A DNA stretch of 64,000 nt from an uncultured Lentisphaeraceae bacterium (GCA_964406095.1 CAYOQJ010000039.1:103630-167629), one strand, 5' to 3'. Shown: positions 49,358 to 59,611, counted from the stretch's first letter. The notes: a model not told the origin generated them from the sequence alone. Numbers and translations: made by a program.

Positions 49358-50658
49358 ATCATTCTCAATTTTACCGGCGGTTCTCGAACAACGCCTGTCT
49401 GATAAATCTCATCAAGCGCGCTGACCAACGCCGCGCTGCCAGCGCGATGGGTCAGCATCACCACAGGCACATAACCTCCTCCGGAATCATCGCTGTCGGG
49501 CAACTTCTGGTTGGCACCCAGGATACTTACACCGTGGCTTCCTAGGATAGTTGTCATTGTTCCCAATGAGCCGGCCCTATCTGCTACCATCAGGCGGACA
49601 TAGTATTGCGACTCGATTGAAGCGGGATTACGCATTTTCAGTTTACCTTCATTATTCAGAGCAATCGCCCGTGCAAAACGGCAGCTACCTGAAATGATAT
49701 TGCGCGCGACATCACCTATATCACCGATTACGGTGCTGGCGGTCGGCTCGCGCCCGGCACCGCGTCCGTAATAAAGCGTGCTGTCGCTCAGATCACCGTT
49801 AACCATCACTGCGTTAAAAACATCACTGATTGATGCCAGCACATGGTCAAAAGGCACCAATGTAGGGTGTACACTGACCTCAACTTCATCATCCGTACGG
49901 TTGATCGATGCCAACAGTTTAATACGGTAGCCGAATTCAGCGGCATATTGAACATCAATACCGGCCAGATTACTGATACCCTCGACCGGAACACTTGCAA
50001 TCGGCACATGAACCCCATAGGCAATCGAAGCCAAAATTGCAGCTTTATGGGCGGTATCAAACCCATCTACATCCAGGCTCGGTTCGGCTTCAGCGTAACC
50101 CGCCTGCTGCGCATCGTGCAGCACCTCATCAAAGGGCAGATGTTCATTCTCCATACGGGTCAAAATATAGTTGCAGGTGCCATTAAGAATCCCGTGCATA
50201 CTGCTTATCTGATTGCCAGCCAGACCTTCACGCAGAACACGGATAATCGGTATGCCGCCGCCAACGCTCGCGCCGAAGTAGATATCTACGCCACAACGTT
50301 CCGCAGCGCTGAAAATTTCATCGCCGCACTCCGCCAGCAACTTCTTATTGGCGGTTACAACCGATTTACCGGCATCGAACGCTTTAAGCACCAGTTCTCT
50401 GGCCACTCCTGTGCCGCCGATCAGTTCAACGACAATTTGAATTGACGGATCGTTGATCACCGCCATGGCATCAGTGGTAAGAATGGCGCGGTCAACCGCA
50501 ACTCCACGATCTGTGATCAAATCCAGGTCAGCTATTTTTTTAAGGACAATATCAACACCCAACCGACCGGACATCAGCTCACGATTCTTCAAAAGACCGT
50601 CTGCCACGCCCGCACCGACCGTGCCAAAACCCAGAATTCCAACACCTATCTGCTTCAT
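49354..50658 (-). CDS. hom: Homoserine dehydrogenase
   Basis: G.GTVG, VVTANK, GGGIP, GILNGTCNYIL, G.GAG..PTAS; C-terminal ACT domain. Confidence 0.95.
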   Translation of the reverse strand: MKQIGVGILGFGTVGAGVADGLLKNRELMSGRLGVDIVLKKIADLDLITDRGVAVDRAILTTDAMAVINDPSIQIVVELIGGTGVARELVLKAFDAGKSVVTANKKLLAECGDEIFSAAERCGVDIYFGASVGGGIPIIRVLREGLAGNQISSMHGILNGTCNYILTRMENEHLPFDEVLHDAQQAGYAEAEPSLDVDGFDTAHKAAILASIAYGVHVPIASVPVEGISNLAGIDVQYAAEFGYRIKLLASINRTDDEVEVSVHPTLVPFDHVLASISDVFNAVMVNGDLSDSTLYYGRGAGREPTASTVIGDIGDVARNIISGSCRFARAIALNNEGKLKMRNPASIESQYYVRLMVADRAGSLGTMTTILGSHGVSILGANQKLPDSDDSGGGYVPVVMLTHRAGSAALVSALDEIYQTGVVREPPVKLRMI

Positions 50659-50740
50659 AGGGCACCTGCTTTCATATAATTCTCATCTAAAAAAAGGTCT
50701 TTCATATTATCGAATCGGCCCCGCTGTTACAAGCAGGAGT

Positions 50741-51583
50741 TTAAAGTGCAAACTCTTTAAGTAACGCAATTTCTTCCGGCCATATGTTTTCATCAGGGGT
50801 TTCCAGAATCAGCGGGATATTCCGCAATCTTTGATCCCGCATGATGAATTTAAACAGGTCAATGCCAAGAAAACCTTTACCTAATGAAGCATGACGGTCG
50901 CGGTGAGCATTCAACTCGACCTTGGAGTCGTTGAGATGAAGTCCACTCAGATAGTGGATGCCGATTGTTTTGTCAAAATGATCCAGAAACTCCGTAAAAC
51001 CCTCGTTTGTGCGAATATCGAACCCCGCACTGAACGAGTGCATTGTATCCAGGCAAACACCAACTCTCGATTTATCATCAATGCCATCGATCATAGCGCG
51101 TATCTCTTCAAAACGTGAGCCCAGATTACCGCCGGTTCCGGCGGTGTTTTCAATCACGATCTTCACCTTTTTGCTCTCGGCCAAAGCACGATTGATTGAC
51201 ATCGCCACTCGGTCACACCCCTCTTCCACACTGATTTTACGCAGATGACTGCCTGGATGCAGGTTAAGCATGCAAAGACCCAGCTGTTCACAGCGCCCTA
51301 TTTCATCCATCAGTGATTTCATTGATTTTGCATGAGCATCTTCATCCGGATTTGCCATGTTGATGAGGTAACCTGCATGTGGCAGTACCTGTTCAGGGCG
51401 GTAGTTGCAACGACGCATGTTTTCAGCAAACTCTTCAATTTCATCTTTGGTGTAGGGCTTGGCCACCCATTGCCGCTGATTTTTCACAAACATGCCGAAC
51501 GCGGTCGCGCCCAGTTTTGCAGCTCGTAAAGGCGCATTGAAAACACCACCAGAAATTGAAACATGTGCTCCTATATAATACAT
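50741..51583 (-). CDS. nfo: Endonuclease IV
   Basis: IGAHVS, PHAGYLIN, HPGS, ENTAG, CLDTMH, HLNDSK, DRH, ILETP. Confidence 0.95.
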   Translation of the reverse strand: MYYIGAHVSISGGVFNAPLRAAKLGATAFGMFVKNQRQWVAKPYTKDEIEEFAENMRRCNYRPEQVLPHAGYLINMANPDEDAHAKSMKSLMDEIGRCEQLGLCMLNLHPGSHLRKISVEEGCDRVAMSINRALAESKKVKIVIENTAGTGGNLGSRFEEIRAMIDGIDDKSRVGVCLDTMHSFSAGFDIRTNEGFTEFLDHFDKTIGIHYLSGLHLNDSKVELNAHRDRHASLGKGFLGIDLFKFIMRDQRLRNIPLILETPDENIWPEEIALLKEFAL

Positions 51584-51649
51584 GTTATTCTCCTTTGGTA
51601 ACGGGGCCCGCAGGCCGTTGAGAGAGGCTACTGTGCGCCTTCCGGAATT

Positions 51650-52516
51650 CTAAAAACTCTGCACTGCGGCGACGAAACGGTCTTTTCCGCCATAATCTTT
51701 ATGTAGTTGCACATCGATAAAGCCAAACTCATCCAGCAAGGTACTGACCTGCGCTCCCTGATCATCTCCGATCTCAAAAAAAACGTTTCCTCCGGGTTTA
51801 ACCACCATCACGGCATCGAAAATCAGGTTACGGTAGATATCCAGTCCGTCGCTACCGCCGTCCAGCGCAAGGCGCGGTTCATGGTCGCGAATTCTGGTAT
51901 CCAGACAGTCAATCACAGCTGAAGGGATATATGGCGGATTTGAAACCAGAATGTCGACACTGCCGGGATCAAACTCGCCACATCCGTCACTGCGGGCGAA
52001 ATAGACCTTATGTTCGAGTCCAGTGAGCTTCGCATTCTCGCGTGCGAGGTCCAAAGCCTGATCACTGATATCCAGCCCGACAAAAATTCCTTTTTCAACA
52101 GCCTTTGCGACAGACAGGATAATACAGCCGCTGCCGGTACCCAAATCTACCACCAACGGTTTAGGTAGCGGGCTGAACTGCAATTTTTTCAAAACCAGGT
52201 CAACCAGCTGTTCAGTCTCAGGGCGGGGAATCAATGCTCTTTTGTCGACACGCAACGTCAGCTCCCTGAAATCCCACTCTCCCAGCACATACTGCACCGG
52301 TTCACCGGCGGCAACTCGACGCAAACCCCGCCCGAGGGCATCCAACATCCGCTGTTGTGGCCGGCTCTCCGCGAAGCGGTGCAGTTCCATGCGTTTGCAT
52401 TTAAGCAGACGTGCCGCCAGTAGCTCCGTAGCGACCGCAGCATCATCAACTCCCCGACGTTCCAACCAACCGATACCATAGCGGATGCACTCCTTTACTG
52501 TCTGCGGCTTTTCCAT
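51650..52516 (-). CDS. prmC: Release factor glutamine methyltransferase HemK/PrmC
   Basis: EPVQY..G, LIPRPETE, DLGTGSG, SNPPY, EP..ALDGG; likely start 52516. Confidence 0.93.
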   Translation of the reverse strand: MEKPQTVKECIRYGIGWLERRGVDDAAVATELLAARLLKCKRMELHRFAESRPQQRMLDALGRGLRRVAAGEPVQYVLGEWDFRELTLRVDKRALIPRPETEQLVDLVLKKLQFSPLPKPLVVDLGTGSGCIILSVAKAVEKGIFVGLDISDQALDLARENAKLTGLEHKVYFARSDGCGEFDPGSVDILVSNPPYIPSAVIDCLDTRIRDHEPRLALDGGSDGLDIYRNLIFDAVMVVKPGGNVFFEIGDDQGAQVSTLLDEFGFIDVQLHKDYGGKDRFVAAVQSF

Positions 52517-52568
52517 ATTAATATACGCTCCGATGCTAATGCATCTCAATCTATCGGGATGTCGTCTT

Positions 52569-52904
52569 TCAGAACGGCATCGGCCCGTCATCATCCAGAT
52601 TACCGGGATCCTCGTACTCGAGGGTTGTGCCATCCACATCCATCTGCTCAATCTTGAAGGCATTGAGATCGACATAAAAGCGCTCTTTGTATTCATTGCC
52701 CTTGATACCAAAGCTAACTTTAACCCGCTCGCCAATCTTCAAAACATCCAGCATGCGTGACTTTTCCTTAAAAAGCACAAATTTTACATCCTGGGGGTAC
52801 TCGTCCTCGGAGGTAATGACAAACTCCCTCTTGGAGAATCCGCTCGGGAAAGTCTGTTCATCCATTATATGCTTGATTGTACCTGTCATTTCATAGGTAG
52901 CCAT
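52569..52904 (-). CDS. DUF3127 family protein (OB-fold-like, acidic C-tail)
   Basis: SGFSKREFVI...YPQ...F, V.VSF.I.G.EY; ends DDDGPMPF. Confidence 0.82.
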   Translation of the reverse strand: MATYEMTGTIKHIMDEQTFPSGFSKREFVITSEDEYPQDVKFVLFKEKSRMLDVLKIGERVKVSFGIKGNEYKERFYVDLNAFKIEQMDVDGTTLEYEDPGNLDDDGPMPF

Positions 52905-52981
52905 CGTTATCTCCTTGCTTTCGGGGTTTTCCTTTTCCGGTTCAATCTGCGCGCTTTATTGTGTACGGTCTTATTATAAAC

Positions 52982-53014
52982 AAAAGCGGGCGGATTTTTC
53001 AAACCCGCCCGCTT
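52982..53014 (-). terminator. Intrinsic terminator after tatA
   Basis: AAGCGGGCGG / CCGCCCGCTT stem followed by a U-run on the minus strand. Confidence 0.75.
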
Positions 53015-53035
53015 CAGAAGATATTAAAAAACTGG

Positions 53036-53296
53036 TCAGACACTCTTTTCTTCTGGCTCCGACGACGTGCCCGACTCGGAGTCCTCCTGTTTAATATCAT
53101 CCACCAGCTCTTTAACCTTCTGGTTGGCGAGTTTTTCCCCCTCTTCGCGGCCCTTTTTAAATTCTCCCAGACTACGTCCGAGTGAACGTGCCAGATCGGG
53201 CAGTTTGTTGCTGCCGAAAAGGATAAGTACAATCACCAACACAATAATCAGCTGCGTCGGCCCGATGTTCTGAATAAACCCGATTGGAATCATCAT
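53036..53296 (-). CDS. tatA: Twin-arginine translocase TatA
   Basis: TM-FG hinge, [19 protein letters not shown]. Confidence 0.93.
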   Translation of the reverse strand: MMIPIGFIQNIGPTQLIIVLVIVLILFGSNKLPDLARSLGRSLGEFKKGREEGEKLANQKVKELVDDIKQEDSESGTSSEPEEKSV

Positions 53297-53320
53297 TGTT
53301 TTATCTCCTTAAAAAATCTC

Positions 53321-53797
53321 TCATCGGTAATACCTGCTGACAGAACGCCTGGCCTCCAGGTCTGCCTCGCGCCGTTTGATTGTCTCGCGTTTATCATGCT
53401 GTGCCTTACCGCGACAAACTCCTATCTCAACTTTAACTCTGCCTTTAGGGGTAAGATACAGCCGCAACGGTATCAGAGACAAGCCTTTCTGCTCAGATGC
53501 GGCTTGCAGTTTCCGTATCTCACGCTTGTGCATCAGCAACCGACGTGTACGCAACGCATCGTGGTTGAAACGGTTGCCGAAGGCATAGGGCGGAATAGTT
53601 ACCTGATGCAGTATCAGTTCACCTTTTTCCACATTAACCCAAGAACCCATCAATCCCGCCTCACCATTGCGGACGACCTTGACCTCGGTGCCAACCAACT
53701 CTATGCCTGCCTCAACCGTTTCAATGATAAAATAATCATGCCTGACCCGGCGGTTGACCGTCAGATTGACCGTCTTTTTTTTGCTGACCTCGTTCAT
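53321..53797 (-). CDS. smpB: SsrA-binding protein SmpB
   Basis: NRR..HDY, EAGI.L.GTEVK, R.LLMHKREI, GK..HDKRETIK. Confidence 0.95.
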   Translation of the reverse strand: MNEVSKKKTVNLTVNRRVRHDYFIIETVEAGIELVGTEVKVVRNGEAGLMGSWVNVEKGELILHQVTIPPYAFGNRFNHDALRTRRLLMHKREIRKLQAASEQKGLSLIPLRLYLTPKGRVKVEIGVCRGKAQHDKRETIKRREADLEARRSVSRYYR

Positions 53798-53832
53798 CAC
53801 ACAGCTCTGGCATATCCCGGCAACATAGTTCC

Positions 53833-54078
53833 TCAATCGGACCAGCGGGTATGGGCCTGTTCGGCGTTCGCTATGGCATCAAAATCAATTTCGGAGATTA
53901 TGAGACCTTCCGCAATCTCACGCAAAGCGATATCGGCGCGATCCTCTTCGGCTGAAAGCGGCTTGACCAGCGGTCTTTCGCCCCTGTTAAGCTGATTCAC
54001 CCGTCTGGAAACGAGATTAACCAAAACCGGCACACTCGGCACACGGGCTCTTGCTTTGTCAATTAATTCAGTGTTCAC
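53833..54078 (-). CDS. rpoZ: RNA polymerase omega subunit
   Basis: LVNLVSRRV.QL..G.RPLV...DIALREIAEG; GGAGG SD before GTG; TTGACC-17-TATACT promoter upstream. Confidence 0.85.
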   Translation of the reverse strand: MNTELIDKARARVPSVPVLVNLVSRRVNQLNRGERPLVKPLSAEEDRADIALREIAEGLIISEIDFDAIANAEQAHTRWSD

Positions 54079-54123
54079 AAACTCCTCCAAATAGTTGAAC
54101 AAGAGAGTATAGAATTTTATACA

Positions 54124-54351
54124 TCAAAGGTCAACGGGGATTTTCCCGCTTTTTGGAGAGAAAATAATTTTATCGAATGCTCCGTAACCTCCCTCTCTCA
54201 GGGTCTGCAAATGTTCTTCCATATCTGATCCGCCTGGCGTAGGCTCATCTGCGGCGATAGCGGCACCATATACAAGCAGCACAGCAGGAAAAACGCACCA
54301 TATCATTATCCGCTGCGCCAGCCTTTTGTAGTCAGTGGCTGCTAGACGCAT
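54124..54351 (-). other. Short ORF with signal peptide; possible remnant of a secreted protein gene
   Basis: Hydrophobic AIA-A signal-like segment followed by about 40 aa, then stop. Confidence 0.3.
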
Positions 54352-54431
54352 CCCTAAAGTTCCTCTGTGTTTCTGTATTGAAATTCTCATCAGCGCATTT
54401 TACTGCTCCCTTCAGCTCCATTCAGTCGTTT

Positions 54432-55928
54432 TCAATTCGGTATCAGGTCGTGACGATGAACCTTGACCGGCTGAGCGTTGATCCAGGTGGCCTCATCCTT
54501 TGCTTTGTCATAAACCAGCACGCGATGCGCACTACCCGGAACCGGAGCAACATCCTTTTGCGGCAGCCAGCGACGATGATTACGGATCAATTCACTATAA
54601 CGTTCATCATTCGCAAGGTTGCGCCACTCATTCGGATCTGCCTCCATATCATAGAACTCTTCACTGCCGTCCGCGTAGTGTATGTAGCGGTAGCGTTCGC
54701 TACGCACAGCATGGTTGCCCTGGTTGTGCGAGGTGATCGCGGGGCGCTCACGTCCAGCTGAAGCGTCGCGCAACTGCGCCGCCAGGCTAAGACCCTCAAG
54801 GCCCTCTTTGCCGGGCAACCCGCAAAGTTCAATCAGCGTGGGATACATATCCAGCAGTTCCGCGGGCTGCCGGCATTTTTGTCCGTTTTTGATTCCAGGC
54901 CCAGCAAAGATCAGAGGCACGCGGGTGCTTGTTTCCCAGAGCGTGTTTTTACCGGTGATGCTTTTTTCGCCGAGATGATAGCCGTGATCGCCCCAAAGTA
55001 CGATCAGGGTATTTTCAAGACGTCCGCTACGGCGCAGAGCACCGATCAACCGTCCGACCTGCGAATCAACAAAACTGGTACATGCAAGATATGAACGACA
55101 GAGATTGCGCAGCTGCCCATTCTCTTCCATCCACTTCAGACGTGGTTCCGGCAACTCCCAGTGAAGATACCAGGCAAAGCGAGGTGTGTCGTTGCGGTCA
55201 CTCTTCAAAATGGGCGGAATGACAGAGTCGTCATCGGGATAGAGGTCAAACCATTTTTTTGTGGCGTAGCAGGGTACATGCGGCAGAAAATAGCCGACCG
55301 AGAGAAACATACGTTCATTCCGGGGAGCCTTCTCGATCTGTTCAATCGCCCAGGAGGTGATCTTATAATCGCCCTTATCCTCATCCTTGTGCGGAAAGCA
55401 ACCCCAATCCATCTGCGGATGATTACCCATTGGTGTCGGAGGGATCAACTTTTTTTTCGGAGTGATGCCAATGCCGCCATGCGGGCCCCATTGATCGAAT
55501 TCGGGCACTACCGGTGCTTTTTTGCCTGGACGTCCACCGTGGAATATCTTGCCGGTGCAGTAGGTTTTGTAACCAAACTGTTTCAGATACTGCGGCAACG
55601 TGACCAGATCTTTTAGTTTCGGTACATTGCGAAACCAGGGGGCCAAGCCGTAAACACCGGTAGTTGTGGAGCGCATGCCGGTCATGATTGAAGTGCGTGA
55701 TGGATTACAGAGCGGAGCCTGACAGTGGGCATTTAAGAAGAGAGTGCCGTTTTCGGCCAGACTGTCGATATGCGGAGTCTTGGCCAGCGGGTGTCCGCCC
55801 ATGCAGCCGATCCAGTCGTTCTGATCATCAATCGCAATAAAGAGAACGTCGGGCCGTCCGGATGACGCCACAGCTGTGATAGCCGCAAACAGTGATACAA
55901 ATGAGATAACCAGCTTATAGTTGTACAT
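54432..55928 (-). CDS. Sulfatase (formylglycine-dependent, iduronate/choline-sulfatase-like)
   Basis: IAIDD, CNPSR, GKIFH, PHVP, GDHGYHLGEK; signal peptide. Confidence 0.92.
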   Translation of the reverse strand: MYNYKLVISFVSLFAAITAVASSGRPDVLFIAIDDQNDWIGCMGGHPLAKTPHIDSLAENGTLFLNAHCQAPLCNPSRTSIMTGMRSTTTGVYGLAPWFRNVPKLKDLVTLPQYLKQFGYKTYCTGKIFHGGRPGKKAPVVPEFDQWGPHGGIGITPKKKLIPPTPMGNHPQMDWGCFPHKDEDKGDYKITSWAIEQIEKAPRNERMFLSVGYFLPHVPCYATKKWFDLYPDDDSVIPPILKSDRNDTPRFAWYLHWELPEPRLKWMEENGQLRNLCRSYLACTSFVDSQVGRLIGALRRSGRLENTLIVLWGDHGYHLGEKSITGKNTLWETSTRVPLIFAGPGIKNGQKCRQPAELLDMYPTLIELCGLPGKEGLEGLSLAAQLRDASAGRERPAITSHNQGNHAVRSERYRYIHYADGSEEFYDMEADPNEWRNLANDERYSELIRNHRRWLPQKDVAPVPGSAHRVLVYDKAKDEATWINAQPVKVHRHDLIPN

Positions 55929-55944
55929 GTTTTTCTCCATTATA

Positions 55945-56020
55945 GCAAGCCGCACAGCAACTCGCTTCCCTGTTTCTTCGCAGAGGTAGCACAGGAGGCG
56001 AGTTGCTGTGCGGCTCGCCC
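55945..56020. repeat. Inverted pair of the 41-bp-family repeat (REPIN-like doublet)
   Basis: AGCCGCACAGCAACTCGCTTCCCTGT ... ACAGGAGGCGAGTTGCTGTGCGGCT. Confidence 0.8.
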
Positions 56021-56026
56021 ATTCTT

Positions 56027-57757
56027 CTACCGCACAACCTCCACACCTTCCGGTGCTTTAACTGTGCTCTTAATCTTTCCGTCCGCACCCTTCTCATGCC
56101 GGACTTTGATCACACCCAGCGGGGTGGGATAGCCGCCTTCCGCCCAATCCAGATCCCCCAGCTGTGGCTTTACGGCAACTTTTTTACAGCCAGCCTCGAG
56201 CGGGCGGATACCCAGCACATGGGCGGTCAACCAGGGTGCCGGGCCGGAAGCCCAGCCGTGGCAGAAGCTGTGCCGGAACCCCTTATAGCAGTAATCGCCG
56301 TAATCGCCGTGGATATCCTTTTTGCCAGCAACCGGCATCTGATCGATGCGGAAGGCGTTATTGGTCCAGCTGACATTAAAATCCTCCCAGAAACTGGTGG
56401 CACCCATATCCAGCATGGCACCCCAATAATCACGCACTGTATTGATGCCAAGCTGCACATCACCGGCGGCGGCCATCGCCTCCAGCATGTAATACCCGTA
56501 GAAGGTGGAAACGCCCGCAGTCGCGTTTCTGGCAAGTATTTCACTGTTCATCTCGCTGGCCCCGCGCAATCCGCTCAAAGCCAGCAGGGCAGCAACTTGC
56601 TTGCTCTCATGCGGTTCGGGAATATGCTGTTTGAGACGGGCGGCTCCGGCGGCGCAGCGGATTTGCAAATCGTCATCTCCGAGCACCGCAGCCATCTTGA
56701 TGCCATCGTTGTAAGCCATCAACATCAACGCGTGCATACCGGCATCGACCGCCGGCTGATTGGCTTTAGTCGGCCAGTCAAGAAAGCCGTTGGGCAACGA
56801 ACATACATTCTGGTCGCTGATAAATTTATCGAGATTAGCATAGAGTGCCTGTATATATTCATGGTGCTGGCGAAGATAGGCGGCATCACCGGTGTAAAAG
56901 TACCAGTCGTACTGGCACCGCAACCACCAGAGTGTATAGGAGGGCATATTGTTCATCCAGCGGTCGGCAGCGGTGGTTGCCTGCATGTAGTTCAGTGATT
57001 TATTGACCACATCCTGCGCTCCGAAAACCGCAGCAACCGCCATAATCTCGGGGTGCATATCGCCCATCCATACCAACCGGTCGCGCTTGATACCGTCCCA
57101 GATATACTCCTGGCAACAGAGATGGATGGTATAGGCGGCAGTGCGCCAGATTTCATTCAGCCGTTCGTCATTGCATCTGAAAAACCCGAGATACGGCATA
57201 TCACGCATCAATGTTACCGCTCTAACGGACTCCAGCAGCAGCACACCTTCGCTAACCAGATCAATGCGCGCAAAACGAAAACCGCTGTTGCCAATCTCAC
57301 GGCTGCCCAGCCAGGGCAAATCAATCACGCTATCGCGGATGGCATGGTCGTTGCAAGCTCCGCGCTCACCGAGTTCCGCCATAGCCTCAGCCGCCGACTC
57401 ACCGAAACGCACGCGTACGCTCACTCCCGCCTTGTTGCTACGTCCACCGCTGGCCAGGTGCACACCGCCGTGTAGCTCACGTCCAAAATCAAAGAGTATC
57501 GAAGCTGGCTCTCCTCTGTTTTCCATGCGGCATCCGGAGCCTGAGAGAAAGACACCCTCAGGAACCTGACCATATCTTTCTTTCAAGAGTATTTCTGAGT
57601 TGACGACCGATGACTTTTCGCTATTTGAAGATGTCCAGACCACACGCGTCGGCATAACAAACGCACGCATGCGTGGATCGCGGGTTTCTTCCTGCGCAAA
57701 TAATGATGATGCCCCGATACACAAAAGCACGGCCATGTTTATATTCGTTTTTTTCAT
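56027..57757 (-). CDS. Alpha-L-rhamnosidase-like glycoside hydrolase (GH78)
   Basis: DFGRE, GFRF, DGIKRDRL.W.GD, GATSFWE, SFCHGW, LGIRP, PTP.G.I. Confidence 0.88.
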   Translation of the reverse strand: MKKTNINMAVLLCIGASSLFAQEETRDPRMRAFVMPTRVVWTSSNSEKSSVVNSEILLKERYGQVPEGVFLSGSGCRMENRGEPASILFDFGRELHGGVHLASGGRSNKAGVSVRVRFGESAAEAMAELGERGACNDHAIRDSVIDLPWLGSREIGNSGFRFARIDLVSEGVLLLESVRAVTLMRDMPYLGFFRCNDERLNEIWRTAAYTIHLCCQEYIWDGIKRDRLVWMGDMHPEIMAVAAVFGAQDVVNKSLNYMQATTAADRWMNNMPSYTLWWLRCQYDWYFYTGDAAYLRQHHEYIQALYANLDKFISDQNVCSLPNGFLDWPTKANQPAVDAGMHALMLMAYNDGIKMAAVLGDDDLQIRCAAGAARLKQHIPEPHESKQVAALLALSGLRGASEMNSEILARNATAGVSTFYGYYMLEAMAAAGDVQLGINTVRDYWGAMLDMGATSFWEDFNVSWTNNAFRIDQMPVAGKKDIHGDYGDYCYKGFRHSFCHGWASGPAPWLTAHVLGIRPLEAGCKKVAVKPQLGDLDWAEGGYPTPLGVIKVRHEKGADGKIKSTVKAPEGVEVVR

Positions 57758-57847
57758 TTTTGTTTTATTCTTTTAACTCTCTGAAGAAGCTGAGTCCAGC
57801 TCGGCTGCATATCAATAAGATATTCTTCGTAGTGGCAACCACAAAAA

Positions 57848-58034
57848 AACTCGTTTCCCTGATTCTTCGCTGGAGCAAGCAAGCCGCACAGCAACTCGCT
57901 TCCCTGATTCTTCACTGGAGCGAGCCGCACAGCAACTCGCTTCCCTGATTCTTCGCTGGAGCGAGCCGTACGGCAACTCGCTTCCCTGATTCTTCACTGG
58001 AGCGAGCCGCACAGCAACTCGCTTCCCTGATTCT
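57848..58034 (+). repeat. Tandem array of a 41-bp hairpin-forming repeat (about 4.5 copies)
   Basis: AGCCGCACAGCAACTCGCTTCCCTGATTCTTC(A/G)CTGGAGCG at 57882, 57923, 57964, 58005 plus a partial at 57848. Confidence 0.9.
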
Positions 58035-58126
58035 CCCCCATGTGCCACCTGCCGATGCTAAGTGCTCCCAGCTTTTGCAATCATCTTTCACATGCGACCT
58101 TCCATATTTCACGGAGAAAATGTGAT

Positions 58127-59611
58127 TCATCGAATCTTCTCATCCGGCAAAGCCTGTTTAATCCCTTCATCTAACGGCATTTTGTCGTTCTCTTCACTCA
58201 ATCCCACATCTTTCATAACATCTTGCAGTTCACGCTGCATACGTTTCACAACCTTGGCATATTTAGGTCGGTTGATCAAATTATAGCGTTCCTCGGGGTC
58301 AAACTCGATATTGTAAAGCTCGGCCATATGGCGGGACGGTAAACCGTTGCCTTGCGGATAACGTGTATATTTCCACTCATCCGTTCGGACACACCTCACA
58401 TTGGGAGTATAAGGAAACTGTTTCTCATAATTGTAATAGTAGAGAAAAGATTTACGCCAACGCCAGTCACCACGTTGCACGAGTTTAACCCAGGAGCTAC
58501 CGTGGATATCTTCGAGCGACTCGGCACCGCACAGTTCCAGAATACTCGGTGCCACGTCAACCGTCAGAACCTGGTGCTCTACAACCTTGGGCTGGTGTGC
58601 CGGAGTCAGACCGGGATAGCGAACCACCTGCACAACACGGATGCTCGGTTCATGGGAGGTGCGTTTGTCAACCATCCCATGTTCGCCGCTCAGGATACCG
58701 TTGTCACTCATAAAAACGATGATAGTGTTATCCAGCTCACCGCGCTCTTCGAGCAGCTTGTACAACCGTCCGACACTGTCGTCCACCGAAAGCAATGTGG
58801 CCCAATAGGCGCGATTCATCGCGGCGAAATCTTCAACCGCCTCAGGTGAGCTGTCGGGGAAATCCTTACGCCAATCGAAGAGTGGCCCGTAGATGCCGTG
58901 CCAGGTAGAGAGTCGCTCTTTAATCCAATCCGGTTTGTCATCCAGCATAAAAGCGGTTTCAGGATAGGGAAATTGTTGATCCTCAAAAGCGTCGCGATAT
59001 TTTTTTTCAGGGGTATAGAAACTGTGCGGAGCTTTATGTCCCAGCATTAGGCACCATGGCTGAGAGCTCTCCCGCGGACGACGAATCCACTCTTCAGCCA
59101 TATCGGTAACAACCGAGGTATAATATCCTTTGACAACTCGCCGTTCCCTGCCGTTGAGGTTAAACTCGGTATCATAGTATTTACCCTGCCCCTTGTGTGT
59201 GACAAACCAGTTGAATCCGGGACGGGGTTCATCGTTATTCTCCCCCATGTGCCACTTGCCGATGTAGGCGGTGTCATATCCCTCAGATTGCAACACCAGC
59301 GGAAAACTTTTAAGACTCCCGGGATACTCGGTAAAATTATCGACGACGCCGTGGGCATGAGCATAGAGTCCGCTCAGAATCGAAGCCCGGCTGGGAGAGC
59401 AGAGTGAAGTTGTGCAGAAAGCATTACGGAAATAGACACCCTCTTTGCCCAAACGATCCATATTGGGAGTACTCAATTCCTTGTTCCCAGAGAGTCCAAT
59501 CGCGTCCCAGCGTTGATCATCGGTAAGCATAAACAGCACATTGGGACGCCTGGCGTAAAGCTCAGCAGCGAAAAAAAGCAGTGCTCCCGCCACCCACAGA
59601 TATTTTTTCAT
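58127..59611 (-). CDS. Sulfatase (N-acetylglucosamine-6-sulfatase-like)
   Basis: LTDDQR, CSPSRAS, GKWH, HKAPH, SDNG..GEHG..DKR. Confidence 0.92.
   Translation of the reverse strand: MKKYLWVAGALLFFAAELYARRPNVLFMLTDDQRWDAIGLSGNKELSTPNMDRLGKEGVYFRNAFCTTSLCSPSRASILSGLYAHAHGVVDNFTEYPGSLKSFPLVLQSEGYDTAYIGKWHMGENNDEPRPGFNWFVTHKGQGKYYDTEFNLNGRERRVVKGYYTSVVTDMAEEWIRRPRESSQPWCLMLGHKAPHSFYTPEKKYRDAFEDQQFPYPETAFMLDDKPDWIKERLSTWHGIYGPLFDWRKDFPDSSPEAVEDFAAMNRAYWATLLSVDDSVGRLYKLLEERGELDNTIIVFMSDNGILSGEHGMVDKRTSHEPSIRVVQVVRYPGLTPAHQPKVVEHQVLTVDVAPSILELCGAESLEDIHGSSWVKLVQRGDWRWRKSFLYYYNYEKQFPYTPNVRCVRTDEWKYTRYPQGNGLPSRHMAELYNIEFDPEERYNLINRPKYAKVVKRMQRELQDVMKDVGLSEENDKMPLDEGIKQALPDEKIR

Noticed and set aside
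52545-52570. KDDIPID reading just after the DUF3127 stop as a second SSB-like tail via frameshift
   Set aside because: Different frame, no slippery site, and the annotated tail is already complete; likely chance
52517-52735. 73-aa N-terminal extension of PrmC in the ORF track
   Set aside because: Overlaps DUF3127 in another frame; PrmC-like sequence begins at ATG 52516
53300-54430. tmRNA or tRNA near smpB/rpoZ
   Set aside because: No tRNA-like arms or CCA end recognised by eye; a covariance search would be needed to exclude it fully
21077-57569. Long antisense or alternate-frame ORFs (e.g. 21077-22003, 44289-45260, 56003-56998) and repeat-derived ORFs (32562-33254, 35594-36022)
   Set aside because: Shadows of well-supported genes or translations of repeats, with no recognisable motifs
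57848-58034. 41-bp repeat array as a CRISPR array
   Set aside because: Units are contiguous with no unique spacers, and no cas genes are in the window
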